From: an uncultured cyanobacterium
GTDB lineage: Bacteria > Cyanobacteriota > Cyanobacteriia > Cyanobacteriales > Nostocaceae
NCBI GenBank assembly: GCA_963740315.1
Contig: CAVUDP010000002.1
Span: 96,001 to 160,000 of the forward strand
Direction: 5' to 3'
Length of the DNA stretch: 64,000 bases
In this document: one piece after another, positions 19,870 to 29,902 of the stretch
Numbering within the stretch: position 1 is the stretch's first letter
Layout: each line of letters begins with the position of its first letter
Program-made: the position numbers and the translations under genes
The notes under the pieces: generated by a model
What the model was told of the DNA's origin: nothing
The model's input: only the letters and a program-made list of their open reading frames with translations
Database searches by the model: none

Positions 19870-20514
19870 ATGAGTACTACAAACGGCAAAATGATACAGG
19901 TAGAACAAGAAAATACATTAGAGGAATTGCAGTTATCGAATAGTGAGATATTAGCCGCGCACGAGCATGATGAAGAAGGCAATAGTATGTTTGGCTTCAT
20001 CGTTTTTCTACTTTCAGAAAGCGTAATTTTCTTAAGTTTTTTCGCGGGATATATAGTTTACAAAACAACAGCTACTGATTGGCTACCACCAGGAGTTGAA
20101 GGATTAGAAGTTAGAGAACCATTCATAAATACAGTGATTTTGGTTTCCAGTAGCTTTGTAATTTATTTCGCAGAAAAAGCATTAAAAAGTCATAATGTTT
20201 GGCTGTTCCGCCTATTTTGGCTGTTAACAATGGCGATGGGAAGTTATTTTTTGTATGGACAAGCTGTTGAATGGAATAGTCTAGAATTCGGTTTTACATC
20301 AGGTACATTCGGTGGAACGTTTTACTTATTAACTGGCTTTCACGGTTTGCACGTTTTTACTGGCGTGATGTTGCAGTTAACAATGTTAATTCGTTCTTTC
20401 ATTCCCGGTAACTATGAAAACGGTCATTTTGGCGTAGATGCAACTTCTTTATTTTGGCACTTTGTTGATGTAATTTGGATTGTTTTATTTCTACTTCTTT
20501 ATGTATGGCAGTAA
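19870..20514 (+). CDS. coxC: heme-copper oxidase subunit III
   Basis: FLLSE, NTVILVSSS, TGFHGLHV, FWHFVDVIW. Confidence 0.95.
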   Translation: MSTTNGKMIQVEQENTLEELQLSNSEILAAHEHDEEGNSMFGFIVFLLSESVIFLSFFAGYIVYKTTATDWLPPGVEGLEVREPFINTVILVSSSFVIYFAEKALKSHNVWLFRLFWLLTMAMGSYFLYGQAVEWNSLEFGFTSGTFGGTFYLLTGFHGLHVFTGVMLQLTMLIRSFIPGNYENGHFGVDATSLFWHFVDVIWIVLFLLLYVWQ

Positions 20515-20620
20515 GAAAAGGTCAAAGTTTGTAACTATTAACTATTAACTATTAACTCCTAACTCCTAACAACTAACAACTATCAACTATCAACTAACAA
20601 CTAACAACTAACAACTAAAA

Positions 20621-22111
20621 ATGATTATTGACGACCAACATTATGATGTAATTATTATCGGTACTGGTGCTGGTGGAGGGACTTTAACCCGTAAATTAGC
20701 ATCTACTGGTAAAAAAATTCTTGTTTTGGAACAAGGAGAATTCTTAGAAAAAGAAAGTTCGCAATTGGTTGATGTGGAAGTCTTTAAAAAAGAAGATTTC
20801 TATGCACCAGAACAATGGTATGAAAAGGATGGTGACTCTTTTTATCCCCAAACGAGTTATTCGGTAGGTGGTAATACAAAAATTTATAGTGGTGTATTAC
20901 AACGGATGCGAGAAAGGGATTTTGAAAAAGTTCAGCATCAAGATGGTATTTCTCCGGAATGGAATGTGAAATACAAGGATTTTGAACCTTACTATACAGA
21001 AGCTGAAAAACTTTATCAAGTCCACGGTCAAACTGGCGATGATTTTACCGAACCCCCTCGCAGCGAAGGTTTTCCGTTTCCTATAGTTGATAGCGAACCC
21101 CAAATTGAAGATATCTGTACGAGCATTTCAAAACTTGGATTGCATCCAGCATACCTTCCGATCGGCATTGGAAATCATGGACGTACTGATTCGGAAGATA
21201 CCGGAATTTCTCCGACTATCAAAGCTTACGATAATGTAACGCTGAAAACGGATGCTAAAGTTGTATGCTTGCATACCAACCCATCAGGAAAAGAAGTTAA
21301 AGCTGTAGAAGTGCAGATTGGAGATCGCTCTTATTTGTTCATGGGAGATATTATTGTACTTTCCTGCGGTGCGATAAATTCAGCCGCGTTATTGTTACGC
21401 TCTGCGAACGAAAAACATCCCAAAGGACTTGCTAATAGTTCCGATTTGGTGGGACGCAATTTGATGAAACAGTTGATGACGGTATTAGTACAAATTACTA
21501 ACACCCCCAACTCTGGATTGTTTCAAAGAACCCGCTATATCAATGATTTTTATTGGGGTGATGAAAATTTTCCTTACCCAATGGGTCATATTCAAAATTC
21601 TGGTGGTATTCTTCAAGATGTAATTTTTGCCGAATCACCGCCAATTTTATCCGTTGCAGCTAAATTAATGCCGGGATTTGGCTTAAAACAGTTAGCAACA
21701 CGCTCTATCGGCTGGTGGTTGCAGAGTGAAGATTTACCATCACCTAAAAATCGCGTTCGGATAGAAGGTTCCAGATTATACATAGACTATACAGCTAATA
21801 ACACCGAAGCACACGACCGTTTAATTTATCGTTGGATTGACGCACTCAAAGCCGCAGACGGAAACAAACAAACTATTTATCCTCGTGGCGAAGCACCCAT
21901 TCAAGTAGTAGCGCATCAAGCTGGAACTTGTCGCTTCGGCGAAGATATAAGAACTTCAGTCCTCAACCTTAACTGTCGCACTCACGATATAGATAATCTC
22001 TACGTTGTTGATAGTAGTTTCTTCCCCTCCATCTCTGCGGTAAGTCCCGCTTTAACTGTAATTGCCAACGCTTTGCGAGTAGGAGAACATTTGATCGATC
22101 GCTTGGGGTGA
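20621..22111 (+). CDS. GMC family oxidoreductase
   Basis: IIIGTGAGGG FAD site, VGGNT, GAINSAALLLRS, HQAGTCRFG, NLYVVDSSFFPS, PALTVIANALR. Confidence 0.92.
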   Translation: MIIDDQHYDVIIIGTGAGGGTLTRKLASTGKKILVLEQGEFLEKESSQLVDVEVFKKEDFYAPEQWYEKDGDSFYPQTSYSVGGNTKIYSGVLQRMRERDFEKVQHQDGISPEWNVKYKDFEPYYTEAEKLYQVHGQTGDDFTEPPRSEGFPFPIVDSEPQIEDICTSISKLGLHPAYLPIGIGNHGRTDSEDTGISPTIKAYDNVTLKTDAKVVCLHTNPSGKEVKAVEVQIGDRSYLFMGDIIVLSCGAINSAALLLRSANEKHPKGLANSSDLVGRNLMKQLMTVLVQITNTPNSGLFQRTRYINDFYWGDENFPYPMGHIQNSGGILQDVIFAESPPILSVAAKLMPGFGLKQLATRSIGWWLQSEDLPSPKNRVRIEGSRLYIDYTANNTEAHDRLIYRWIDALKAADGNKQTIYPRGEAPIQVVAHQAGTCRFGEDIRTSVLNLNCRTHDIDNLYVVDSSFFPSISAVSPALTVIANALRVGEHLIDRLG

Positions 22112-22236
22112 AGGAAAGGGAGATGGGGAAGAGGGGGTAGAGGGGGTAGAAAAATTCTTCACTCCTAACTCCCGTACATATCTGTGCATCCTACGTCTCT
22201 ACAATTCCTAACTCCGGTGGTACTAACTCCTCACCT

Positions 22237-22308
22237 TTAACCTGAATGCGCTTCTCCAAACAACACCATCGAACAATTATTAATTGATCAAAGCAATTTA
22301 TTAGTCAC
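22237..22308 (-). pseudogene. orphan 3' end of the cation/H+ antiporter gene (copy 1)
   Basis: Translates VTNKLL*SINNCSMVLFGEAHSG*, matching the C terminus of CDS 33314-35410. Confidence 0.85.
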
Positions 22309-22350
22309 TTTTGCACGCTGTAACTGATACTTTTCACAAAGCTCATGCCA

Positions 22351-25300
22351 TCAACTTTCATTATCCAAAGCCTTGTCAATACAAGTTTTCAACCTGTCTG
22401 CTAAAACCCGTGCATGAGTTTCGTACACCATAGTATAGTGGTTCCCAGGAACTTTGATTGTATCGACAAGGTGTTGCTCCCAACCCATTAATGGGAACAG
22501 CCAACGCAGGATTTTAAAGCGGCGATCGCGAACAACCAAAGCAAGGAAAAGTGTAATCTTACCTTGGTAGCCTTGCATATGATATAATCCTTTGTTGCCT
22601 CCGACAGGGGACTTTGTGTTTTGTGCTGTTGGATGGTATGGAAGGCATCCCTCATTGGTGTTGCTTTTTAAGTGCTTATCAATAAATATCTTTGATGAGA
22701 AAGGTTTGAAGATATTCAAGGTATGTTTTGGTGTCAAATTGTCTTTGACTCTAGAGAACAACGAGTTCAACTCTCGAGTAAAACTGTGCCAAGAGCCGCG
22801 AAATAATTCCTGTGTTATTGTAAGCGCAAACAGTTCCACAGCCTGTAGTACTTTTCGCACGCAGTTGTACATCAGTGCCGAACCCGAAGTGTCCAATATG
22901 GCAAGCATTTTCACTTGTTTTCCCTGCTGCTCTAGTTGAAAAGCAACTTCATAAGCCACGAATTTGCCAAAAGAATACCCTACTACAAGATATGGGCCAG
23001 TTGGATTTATTACCAAGATATCGCGGACGTGACGAGCAGCAACGGCTTTAATATTATCTTCGGTGCGTTGCTCTTTTCTTATGAAAACCCCAAAACCGGA
23101 TTGTAACAAATAAACTGGTTGCTCCTCCCCTAGATAGTGGGCAAGGCTCGATATCTCCTTGGTAGCATTAGCGCAGTAAAACAGCGGCGGCTTATCACCT
23201 TGTGAACGGATAGCATTCATTAGAGAATCCGGTCGAAGTCGCGCTCCTTTTCTACCTGCTGCAACAGTTAATAAGGCGCGGAGGTCATCTTCATCAAGTG
23301 GTGGTAATTCTGGAGAGAGATGACAATTGGCATTATCTGCTACTTTTTTATTAGTGATAACACTGAGAATTTGTTCAATTGTTGTAAATTGAAACAACGC
23401 AGCCAAGGGCAGTTTTTTCTGAGTGACTTTTTCTATTTCTGCAACTAAGCGCACTGTTAGTAAGGAGTGGCCTCCCAATTCAAAGAAATTATCTGTTACT
23501 CCTATGGGTTGAATCCCAAGAACTTTTTCCCAGATTTGAGCTAATTGCAATTCTAAAGAGTTTCTAGGTGCGACAAAGGTTTCGGCTTGTGGCATTGAAT
23601 TATCCGGTGCCGGTAGTGCTTTTCGGTCTACTTTACCATTGGGTGTTAGAGGCAAAGCGTCTAGAACACAGAAGGCATTGGGTATCATGTATTGGGGTAA
23701 TTTCTGTTTGAGAAAGCCCCGTAGGTTGGTGATGAGAATGTCGGCGTTTTCACACTCAGAAACAACATAGGCTACTAAGCGTTTGTCTCCTGGTATATCA
23801 ACTCGTGCGATCGCCACTGCTTCTTTGACTTGGGGATATTTAGTCAGCTCCGCTTCAATTTCACACAGTTCGATACGAAAGCCACGAATTTTAACTTGGT
23901 TATCGATACGACTTATATATTCAATGTTGCCGTCGGGCATATAGCGGGCTAAGTCACCTGTTTTATAAAGCCGCGAACCCGGTTTGCCGCAGGGATTAGG
24001 AATGAATTTTTGTGAGGTGATTTCGGGGCGGTTGAGATAACCACGAGCTAAGCCTGCACCCCCGAGATGAATTTCTCCGGGAATACCAATGGGAACAGGT
24101 TGGAGATGATTATCTAGGATGTAGATTTGGGTGTTGGCGATGGGAGTACCAATTGGGATAGTGGTGGCATTATCTGCAACTTCCTCAATTAAATACCAAG
24201 ATGAAAAAGTTGTATTCTCGGTTGGCCCATAAACATGAAGTAATTTCTCAGGCGCTCCATGTTCGAGTACCTTCTTAACCGAAGTTGGATTGACTGCTTC
24301 ACCACCAAATAAAAGATATTTTAAGGGCTTGAATGCTCCTGGAATTAGTGTTGCAAATTGATTGAATAAAGCTGTTGTCAAGAATACTACATTAATTTGC
24401 TTTTGAAGAATGTGGGTAACAAATTTTTCAGGTGAGAGAGCAACTTCTTGGGGAATTCCTACAAGTTGCGCTCCATTAACAAGAGCGCCCCAAATTTCAA
24501 AGGTTGCAGCATCAAAAGAAGCATTGGAAATTTGGGCTACTCGATCTGATGGTTCTAATTTTATATAGTTAGTATTTTTGACTAATCGGTTGATGCCCAA
24601 ATGGGTAACGGCAACTCCCTTGGGTTTTCCTGTTGAACCCGATGTGTAAATTATATAAGCTAAGTTGTCAGGTTTTGTTTGATTGACTGGGTTCTCTTGA
24701 GTTTGTGAGGCGATAGATTGCTCTACTGTGTCCAACAAAACCACCATTAAAATATTTGAGGGCAGTTTCTCAACAAACGAAGATTGTGTTAACAAAACTG
24801 AGACTTCCGAATCTTCGAGCATATAAGCAATACGCTCTTTTGGGTAGCTTGAATCTAATGGCACATAAGCCCCACCTGCTTTAAGAATCCCCAATAATCC
24901 CACCAGCATCTCAACAGAACGCTCTACACAAATCCCCACCAAAACTTCAGGAGCGACTCCTTTCGATCGCAAATAATGCGCTAGTTGATTGGCTCGGTTA
25001 TTTAACTGACGATATGTCAATCTTTCAGTATCAAAAACAACTGCAACTGCATCCGGAGTCAGTTGTACTTGTTCTTCAAATAACTGATGAATGCATTTAT
25101 CTTGGGGATAATAATTTGCTGTATTATTCCATTCAATTAGTAACTGATGTTGTTCGCCTTGTGTGAGTAAAGGTAATTGAGAAACCTGCTGTTGGGGATT
25201 GGTAACTATTCCCTCTAGCAAAACTTGGAAATGACCAGCCATTCGCTCAATGGTATTTGCGTCGAACAAATCGCTGTTATATTTAAAATGGCAAGATAAC

Positions 25301-26604
25301 CCCTCGGGCTGCTCCTCTATCTCCAAAGCCAAATCGAGCATTGCCCCTCCCGTTTCCAACTGGCAATTTTCTATTCTTAAACCTTCTAAATCTACTACCT
25401 GGCTTGGTAAATTTCTCAGTTGGAACAATACCACAAATATGGGAGTGTGACTTAAGTCTCGTTTTAATTGCAGCGATTGCACTAACTTATAAAAAGGAAT
25501 TTCCTGGTAACTATAAGCGAGATAAGCTACTTCTCGCACCTTTGCCAACAGTTTTCGAAAACTCAGGTTGCCATTTAATTGAGTGCGTAATGGTATAGTA
25601 TTAATAAATACACCAATTGCTTTTTCAGTTTCAGCGCGATCGCGACCTGCTACCGGCGTTCCGACAATAATATCTTCCTCACCTGTATAGCGATAAAGCA
25701 ATATTTGGAAAGCAGTCAACAATGTCATAAATAGCGTCACCCCTTCGTTGAGACTAAGTTCTTTGAGAGATCTCTTCAAGTTTGGAGGTAATAATAAATC
25801 AAGCTTTGCTCCTCTCCAAGTCTGCTGGGGCGATCGCATTCTATCTGTAGGTAACTCCAGTATTGGTAAATTACCACCTAATTGTTTTTTCCAGTAGTCA
25901 AGCCCAGACTCTAACCTTTCTCCCTGCAACTGCTGGCGCTGCCAAATCGCAAAGTCGGCATATTGAATTGGTAATGGCGGCAGAGATGGTGGTTTACCAC
26001 TCACAAAAGCTTGATAATATGCGGCGAGTTCTTCAAGTAAAACTCCTACTGACCAACCATCAAAGATAATGTGGTGCATACTCAGCAACAAGATATGTTC
26101 TTCTTCACTCAGTCGCAGTAACTTGGCTTGAATTAGGGGTAATTTAGATAAGTCGAATCTCTGTTGTGCTTCGGAGACTGCGATGCGTTTGATTTCTGTT
26201 TCTGGTTCCTTGAGCGCTAAATTACTTAATTCTATTATGGGCAACTTCAAAGTCAGACTCGGAGCGATCGTCTGGATTGGTTGTCCATCTACCATGGGAA
26301 AAGTTGTGCGTAAAACTTCGTGGCGACGCACAATGGAGTTAATTGCGTTTAAGAGAGCAGTTACATTCAGCGAACCTGTGAGGCGAATATTTGTAGGACG
26401 ATTATAAGCAGGATTTCCCGGTTCTAACCTATCTAATATCCACATCCACTCCTGAGAAAATGACAGGGGTGCGGACTGAGTATTTTCTCGATTAGGAATG
26501 GAAGAGTGGTTAGCATCTTTAACCTTTTGCTGGAGTTTCTGCTCTAGCAATTTACGTTTAGCTGGTGAAAGTTTAGCAATTCGTTTATTAATATCTTTCA
26601 TCAA
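22351..26604 (-). CDS. single-module NRPS C-A-PCP-TE; A-domain code DAFFLGVTFK (Ile-type)
   Basis: HHIIFDGWS, YTSGSTGKPKG, FDAATFE, YGPTE, TGDL, LGGHSL, TE GYSFG and PGNHY; code read by eye against GrsA positions. Confidence 0.95.
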   Translation of the reverse strand: MMKDINKRIAKLSPAKRKLLEQKLQQKVKDANHSSIPNRENTQSAPLSFSQEWMWILDRLEPGNPAYNRPTNIRLTGSLNVTALLNAINSIVRRHEVLRTTFPMVDGQPIQTIAPSLTLKLPIIELSNLALKEPETEIKRIAVSEAQQRFDLSKLPLIQAKLLRLSEEEHILLLSMHHIIFDGWSVGVLLEELAAYYQAFVSGKPPSLPPLPIQYADFAIWQRQQLQGERLESGLDYWKKQLGGNLPILELPTDRMRSPQQTWRGAKLDLLLPPNLKRSLKELSLNEGVTLFMTLLTAFQILLYRYTGEEDIIVGTPVAGRDRAETEKAIGVFINTIPLRTQLNGNLSFRKLLAKVREVAYLAYSYQEIPFYKLVQSLQLKRDLSHTPIFVVLFQLRNLPSQVVDLEGLRIENCQLETGGAMLDLALEIEEQPEGLSCHFKYNSDLFDANTIERMAGHFQVLLEGIVTNPQQQVSQLPLLTQGEQHQLLIEWNNTANYYPQDKCIHQLFEEQVQLTPDAVAVVFDTERLTYRQLNNRANQLAHYLRSKGVAPEVLVGICVERSVEMLVGLLGILKAGGAYVPLDSSYPKERIAYMLEDSEVSVLLTQSSFVEKLPSNILMVVLLDTVEQSIASQTQENPVNQTKPDNLAYIIYTSGSTGKPKGVAVTHLGINRLVKNTNYIKLEPSDRVAQISNASFDAATFEIWGALVNGAQLVGIPQEVALSPEKFVTHILQKQINVVFLTTALFNQFATLIPGAFKPLKYLLFGGEAVNPTSVKKVLEHGAPEKLLHVYGPTENTTFSSWYLIEEVADNATTIPIGTPIANTQIYILDNHLQPVPIGIPGEIHLGGAGLARGYLNRPEITSQKFIPNPCGKPGSRLYKTGDLARYMPDGNIEYISRIDNQVKIRGFRIELCEIEAELTKYPQVKEAVAIARVDIPGDKRLVAYVVSECENADILITNLRGFLKQKLPQYMIPNAFCVLDALPLTPNGKVDRKALPAPDNSMPQAETFVAPRNSLELQLAQIWEKVLGIQPIGVTDNFFELGGHSLLTVRLVAEIEKVTQKKLPLAALFQFTTIEQILSVITNKKVADNANCHLSPELPPLDEDDLRALLTVAAGRKGARLRPDSLMNAIRSQGDKPPLFYCANATKEISSLAHYLGEEQPVYLLQSGFGVFIRKEQRTEDNIKAVAARHVRDILVINPTGPYLVVGYSFGKFVAYEVAFQLEQQGKQVKMLAILDTSGSALMYNCVRKVLQAVELFALTITQELFRGSWHSFTRELNSLFSRVKDNLTPKHTLNIFKPFSSKIFIDKHLKSNTNEGCLPYHPTAQNTKSPVGGNKGLYHMQGYQGKITLFLALVVRDRRFKILRWLFPLMGWEQHLVDTIKVPGNHYTMVYETHARVLADRLKTCIDKALDNES

Positions 26605-26753
26605 TAATAATTACAGTATTTTTACTAGTACGAGATCCATCCTGATGATTATTTTTTATCCGATAAGAATAACTACGATTCTTCATTTTTAGCTCTAGCT
26701 ACCGAAGCTTACCCTGGTTAGCAAAATGTATCAAAATAATTGGAAAAAAGGTA

Positions 26754-27588
26754 TTAGGCTTTATTTCTCAAAGCCAGATTTTCATTCAAAAGAGCAGTAC
26801 ATTCCGGCACACCCACTTGTTGTTTTAGCAACAACCCATCTGTTTCTTTTAAGATTTTCATTTGCGCTTCAATTCCCTCTTGAGCCGCAAACAAACAAGG
26901 GGTACTGTAATTCACTAGAGAAACTCCCGCATCCTTCAATTCACTCAAACTACAAGCAGGAGATTTTCCTCCCGCCCTGTTGGTTAAATACCAAAGGTTT
27001 ATCTACTTTAGTTTTTAAAATTCTAATAACTTCTAAATCCTTAATACCATCAGCTAATATCGCATCAGCACCCACCTGTGCAAATGCTGAAGCTATAAAG
27101 ATAATTTCATCAAGTTCGCTCGCATCGGTTCGGGCTACTACAAAAAACTCTTTTCGAGTTACCAAAACTTTTTTAAGCTTGTCTAGAAACTCCTCTAAAT
27201 CCATCAATATTTTACCGTCAACATGACCGCATCTTCTCGGTCGTTTTTGGTCTTCAATAATTACCCCATCTGCCCCTATAGACTCCAATATGCTAACTAC
27301 ATGACAAGCCACTTCACTATCTACATAACCGTCATCAATATCGACGAGAATATAAGAATTGGGAAGAATAGTTTTAACCCTTTGTACAAAGGCAACCACA
27401 TCTGACCAAGCAATAAATCCAATATCTGGTAAACCATAAAAGCTGGCTGCAAAACCAAAACCGCTGATAAATATCCCGTCGTAATATTTGGCCGCAATTG
27501 CAGCTGAAAAAACATCATAAACTCCGATAAAGGGAAAGATATCTCTTTGTTGCAATTGCTGCTGCAATGTCCTGCGGTTATCTATCAT
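26754..27588 (-). pseudogene. isocitrate lyase/PEP mutase family enzyme (oxaloacetate-hydrolase-like), +1 frameshift at ~26978
   Basis: GVYDVFSA, GLPDIG, LVDIDDGY, IEDQ..PRRCGH, VVARTDA; removing one base gives FNQxAGGKSPACSLSELKDAGVSLVNYS; span 835 nt = 3n+1. Confidence 0.8.
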
Positions 27589-27634
27589 TCTTCTCTCTTA
27601 AAAAGTAAAATTACCAATTGTTTTATCGACTTTA

Positions 27635-29539
27635 TTATTGATTATTCAGCAGAGTTTCTGCTTGCGTATCCGAGAGAGATTCTAGTTCCTCTAACATGGC
27701 AGACATCTCGCTATCCTCAATCATTTCTGCTTGTTTTTCATTAATTAAATCTGCCATTATCGCTACAGTTGCTTCCTGAAAAAAGAACAGAAACGATAAC
27801 TCAATATTCATAACTTCTCTGACCTGATTGACAATTCTCGTTGCCAAAATAGAATCTCCTCCCAATTGGAAGAAGTTATCGTAAATACCCACTTTATCTA
27901 TTCCTAAAATCTCCGACCAAATTGTCACCAACTCTACTTGTATTGGTGTCTGTGGTGGAACATAATCATTATGAGTGATTGTCGGATCCGAAGCACTTAA
28001 TCCCAACTTTTCGGCTAAACCTATGCGTTGTCTTTTGCCAGTAGGACCTTTAGGAATTTCCGAAACAAAAAGCACCACACGAGGCACTTTAAAATCAGCC
28101 AATTTAGAAGCTACAAATTCTTTAATTTCTAATTCTGTTACTGATGCTCCTTCTTGCAAGACTACAGCAGCAGCTACATCTTCACCTAATAAAGTATGGG
28201 GTGCGGCAAAGGTGACAACCTGCTCAATAGCCGGATGATCTAAAAGCACTTCATCCACTTCACGGGGAGAAATCTTTTCACCACCACGATTAATAATTTC
28301 TTTAATTCTACCTTTGAGGAAAAGATAGTTCTCCTCATCTAAATAACCCAAGTCTCCCGTGCGAAACCAACCATTGGTAAACGCACTTTGATTGGCATCC
28401 GTGTTGTTGTGATAGCCAGAGGTGACATTAGCACCTCGAATAACTACTTCTCCTACCTCACCGAGTGGTAGTAAATTGCCCGTCTCATCCATAATCGTGA
28501 CTTCTGGCCCCGCTGCAACTCCCACCGAACCGGGTTTGCGAGTTTTAGGCGGTAGGGGATTGCTAGCCATCTGATGGGAAGCTTCAGTCATGCCATAAGA
28601 TTCGATTACTGGAGCTTGGAATTCTGCTTCTAACTCATTCATTACCTGGGGTGGTAAGGGAGCCGAAGAAGAGCGGATCAAGCGAATTGGACATTTCATC
28701 CGGTGCTGGCGGTTATCTCCAGCCCTTGCCAAAATCCCTTGGTGCATGGTAGGAACTGCTGAATACCAAGTAGGGCGAAATTCTGCTAACCAATCAAAAA
28801 ATTTGGGCGCGTCAAAACCGGGAGTACAAACTACACTCCCACCCGCACTTAGAGATGATAGTATTGCCCCCATAAGTCCGTGAATATGGAATAGGGGCAT
28901 CACGTTCAGACAGCGATCGTTCTCGACTAGATTCAAAGCGATGCGAATATTTTCGGCAGAGGTGCAGAGGTTGTTGCCCGTGAGTGGCACCATTTTGGGA
29001 CGGGAGGTAGTCCCAGAAGTATGTAGTACTAAAGCTATATCTTCGGGTTGGGCAATGCCATCCATTGCCGGACTTTTGGGTTCTCCACCTGTTAGTTGAA
29101 AAAGTCCCGCTGCTTCTGAGACAGGAGAGAGTTCCACAAGGGGAATACCTCTTTTTTTCGCTACTTCTACTGCGAAGGTAGCAACTCCCGATTGAAAGAT
29201 CAGGGCTTTGGCATCCAAATCCGATAGATAAAAATCGTATTCCGATTGACGATAATTGGGATTGAGAGGGGCACAAGTAGCACAAGAGGCAATAGTTAAA
29301 AAAGCTACAGCCATCTCTGCACCGTTGGGCAGAGCGATCGCCACTCGGTCGTTACGACCGATACCTATTGCGTTTAACTTGAAAAGCACATCGGTTACAG
29401 CATCAAATAAGCGACTGTAGGTCAGAGGTGGCCGACCGGCAGCTATAATAGCTATGTCTTGGGGATTTTTCTTTGCGTTGCCTTCAAGCAGATGGTATAT
29501 ACTTAAATTCTCTACAGAGCGGGTTTTTGAGAATGTCAT
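27635..29539 (-). CDS. oxalate-CoA-ligase-like (AAE3/PCS60-like) adenylation domain fused to PCP
   Basis: LHTSGTTSRPK, PLFHIHGL, IRSSSAPL, YGMTEASHQMASNPLP, NRGGEKISP, GPTGK; PCP FFQLGGDSI; acidic C-terminal docking tail. Confidence 0.85.
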   Translation of the reverse strand: MTFSKTRSVENLSIYHLLEGNAKKNPQDIAIIAAGRPPLTYSRLFDAVTDVLFKLNAIGIGRNDRVAIALPNGAEMAVAFLTIASCATCAPLNPNYRQSEYDFYLSDLDAKALIFQSGVATFAVEVAKKRGIPLVELSPVSEAAGLFQLTGGEPKSPAMDGIAQPEDIALVLHTSGTTSRPKMVPLTGNNLCTSAENIRIALNLVENDRCLNVMPLFHIHGLMGAILSSLSAGGSVVCTPGFDAPKFFDWLAEFRPTWYSAVPTMHQGILARAGDNRQHRMKCPIRLIRSSSAPLPPQVMNELEAEFQAPVIESYGMTEASHQMASNPLPPKTRKPGSVGVAAGPEVTIMDETGNLLPLGEVGEVVIRGANVTSGYHNNTDANQSAFTNGWFRTGDLGYLDEENYLFLKGRIKEIINRGGEKISPREVDEVLLDHPAIEQVVTFAAPHTLLGEDVAAAVVLQEGASVTELEIKEFVASKLADFKVPRVVLFVSEIPKGPTGKRQRIGLAEKLGLSASDPTITHNDYVPPQTPIQVELVTIWSEILGIDKVGIYDNFFQLGGDSILATRIVNQVREVMNIELSFLFFFQEATVAIMADLINEKQAEMIEDSEMSAMLEELESLSDTQAETLLNNQ

Positions 29540-29639
29540 CTTCTGTTAATAAGCGGAACTGGTAATTTAACCGAAAAAGGTGGCTTAACCTCAAAATAAA
29601 TCAAGATATGAAAAATACATATCTTACTTACTAACGTAT

Positions 29640-29681
29640 AAATTACATCAAAGATAAAAGTAATTCCGTACAAAAAAATAC
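29640..29681 (-). promoter_or_regulatory. putative NtcA-activated promoter of the NRPS cluster
   Basis: GTA-N8-TAC at 29668-29681, 22 nt spacer, TAATTT (TAN3T) -10 on the minus strand, ~100 nt upstream of the ATG at 29539. Confidence 0.45.
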
Positions 29682-29797
29682 ATTAAGATAAGTATTTTTA
29701 CTGAAATCGATAAAAATAGTTTTTATAATAGCTAACAAGCAATTTCTTCTTCAGATAAGGTCAACCAACAGCGTTGCTCAGGAGTCTGATTGCACCT

Positions 29798-29902
29798 TTA
29801 TCCCGAATGAGGTTACCCAAATAAAACCATCGAACAATTATTAATTGATGAAAGAAGTTTATTACTGACATCGCTAACTGCTAATCCGGAGGCTGTGCGA
29901 CG
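29798..29902 (-). pseudogene. orphan 3' end of the cation/H+ antiporter gene (copy 2)
   Basis: Translates RRTASGLAVSDVSNKLLSSINNCSMVLFG*PHSG* versus RRTAGGLAVSDVTNKLLSSINCSMVLFGEPHSG* in the intact gene. Confidence 0.9.

Noticed and set aside
16930..20620. Heptamer runs (TAGGGAG, AACTATC, TCTAAAA) as a novel signal
   Set aside because: Ordinary short tandem repeats of heterocystous cyanobacteria
26754..27588. PEP mutase / phosphonate cluster
   Set aside because: Catalytic loop is EDQ..PRRCGH (lyase type), not the EDK..PKxNS motif of PEP mutase
22351..29539. beta-ODAP (oxalyl-diaminopropionate) pathway
   Set aside because: A-domain code is aliphatic (Ile-type) and no SbnA/SbnB-like Dap synthesis genes are present
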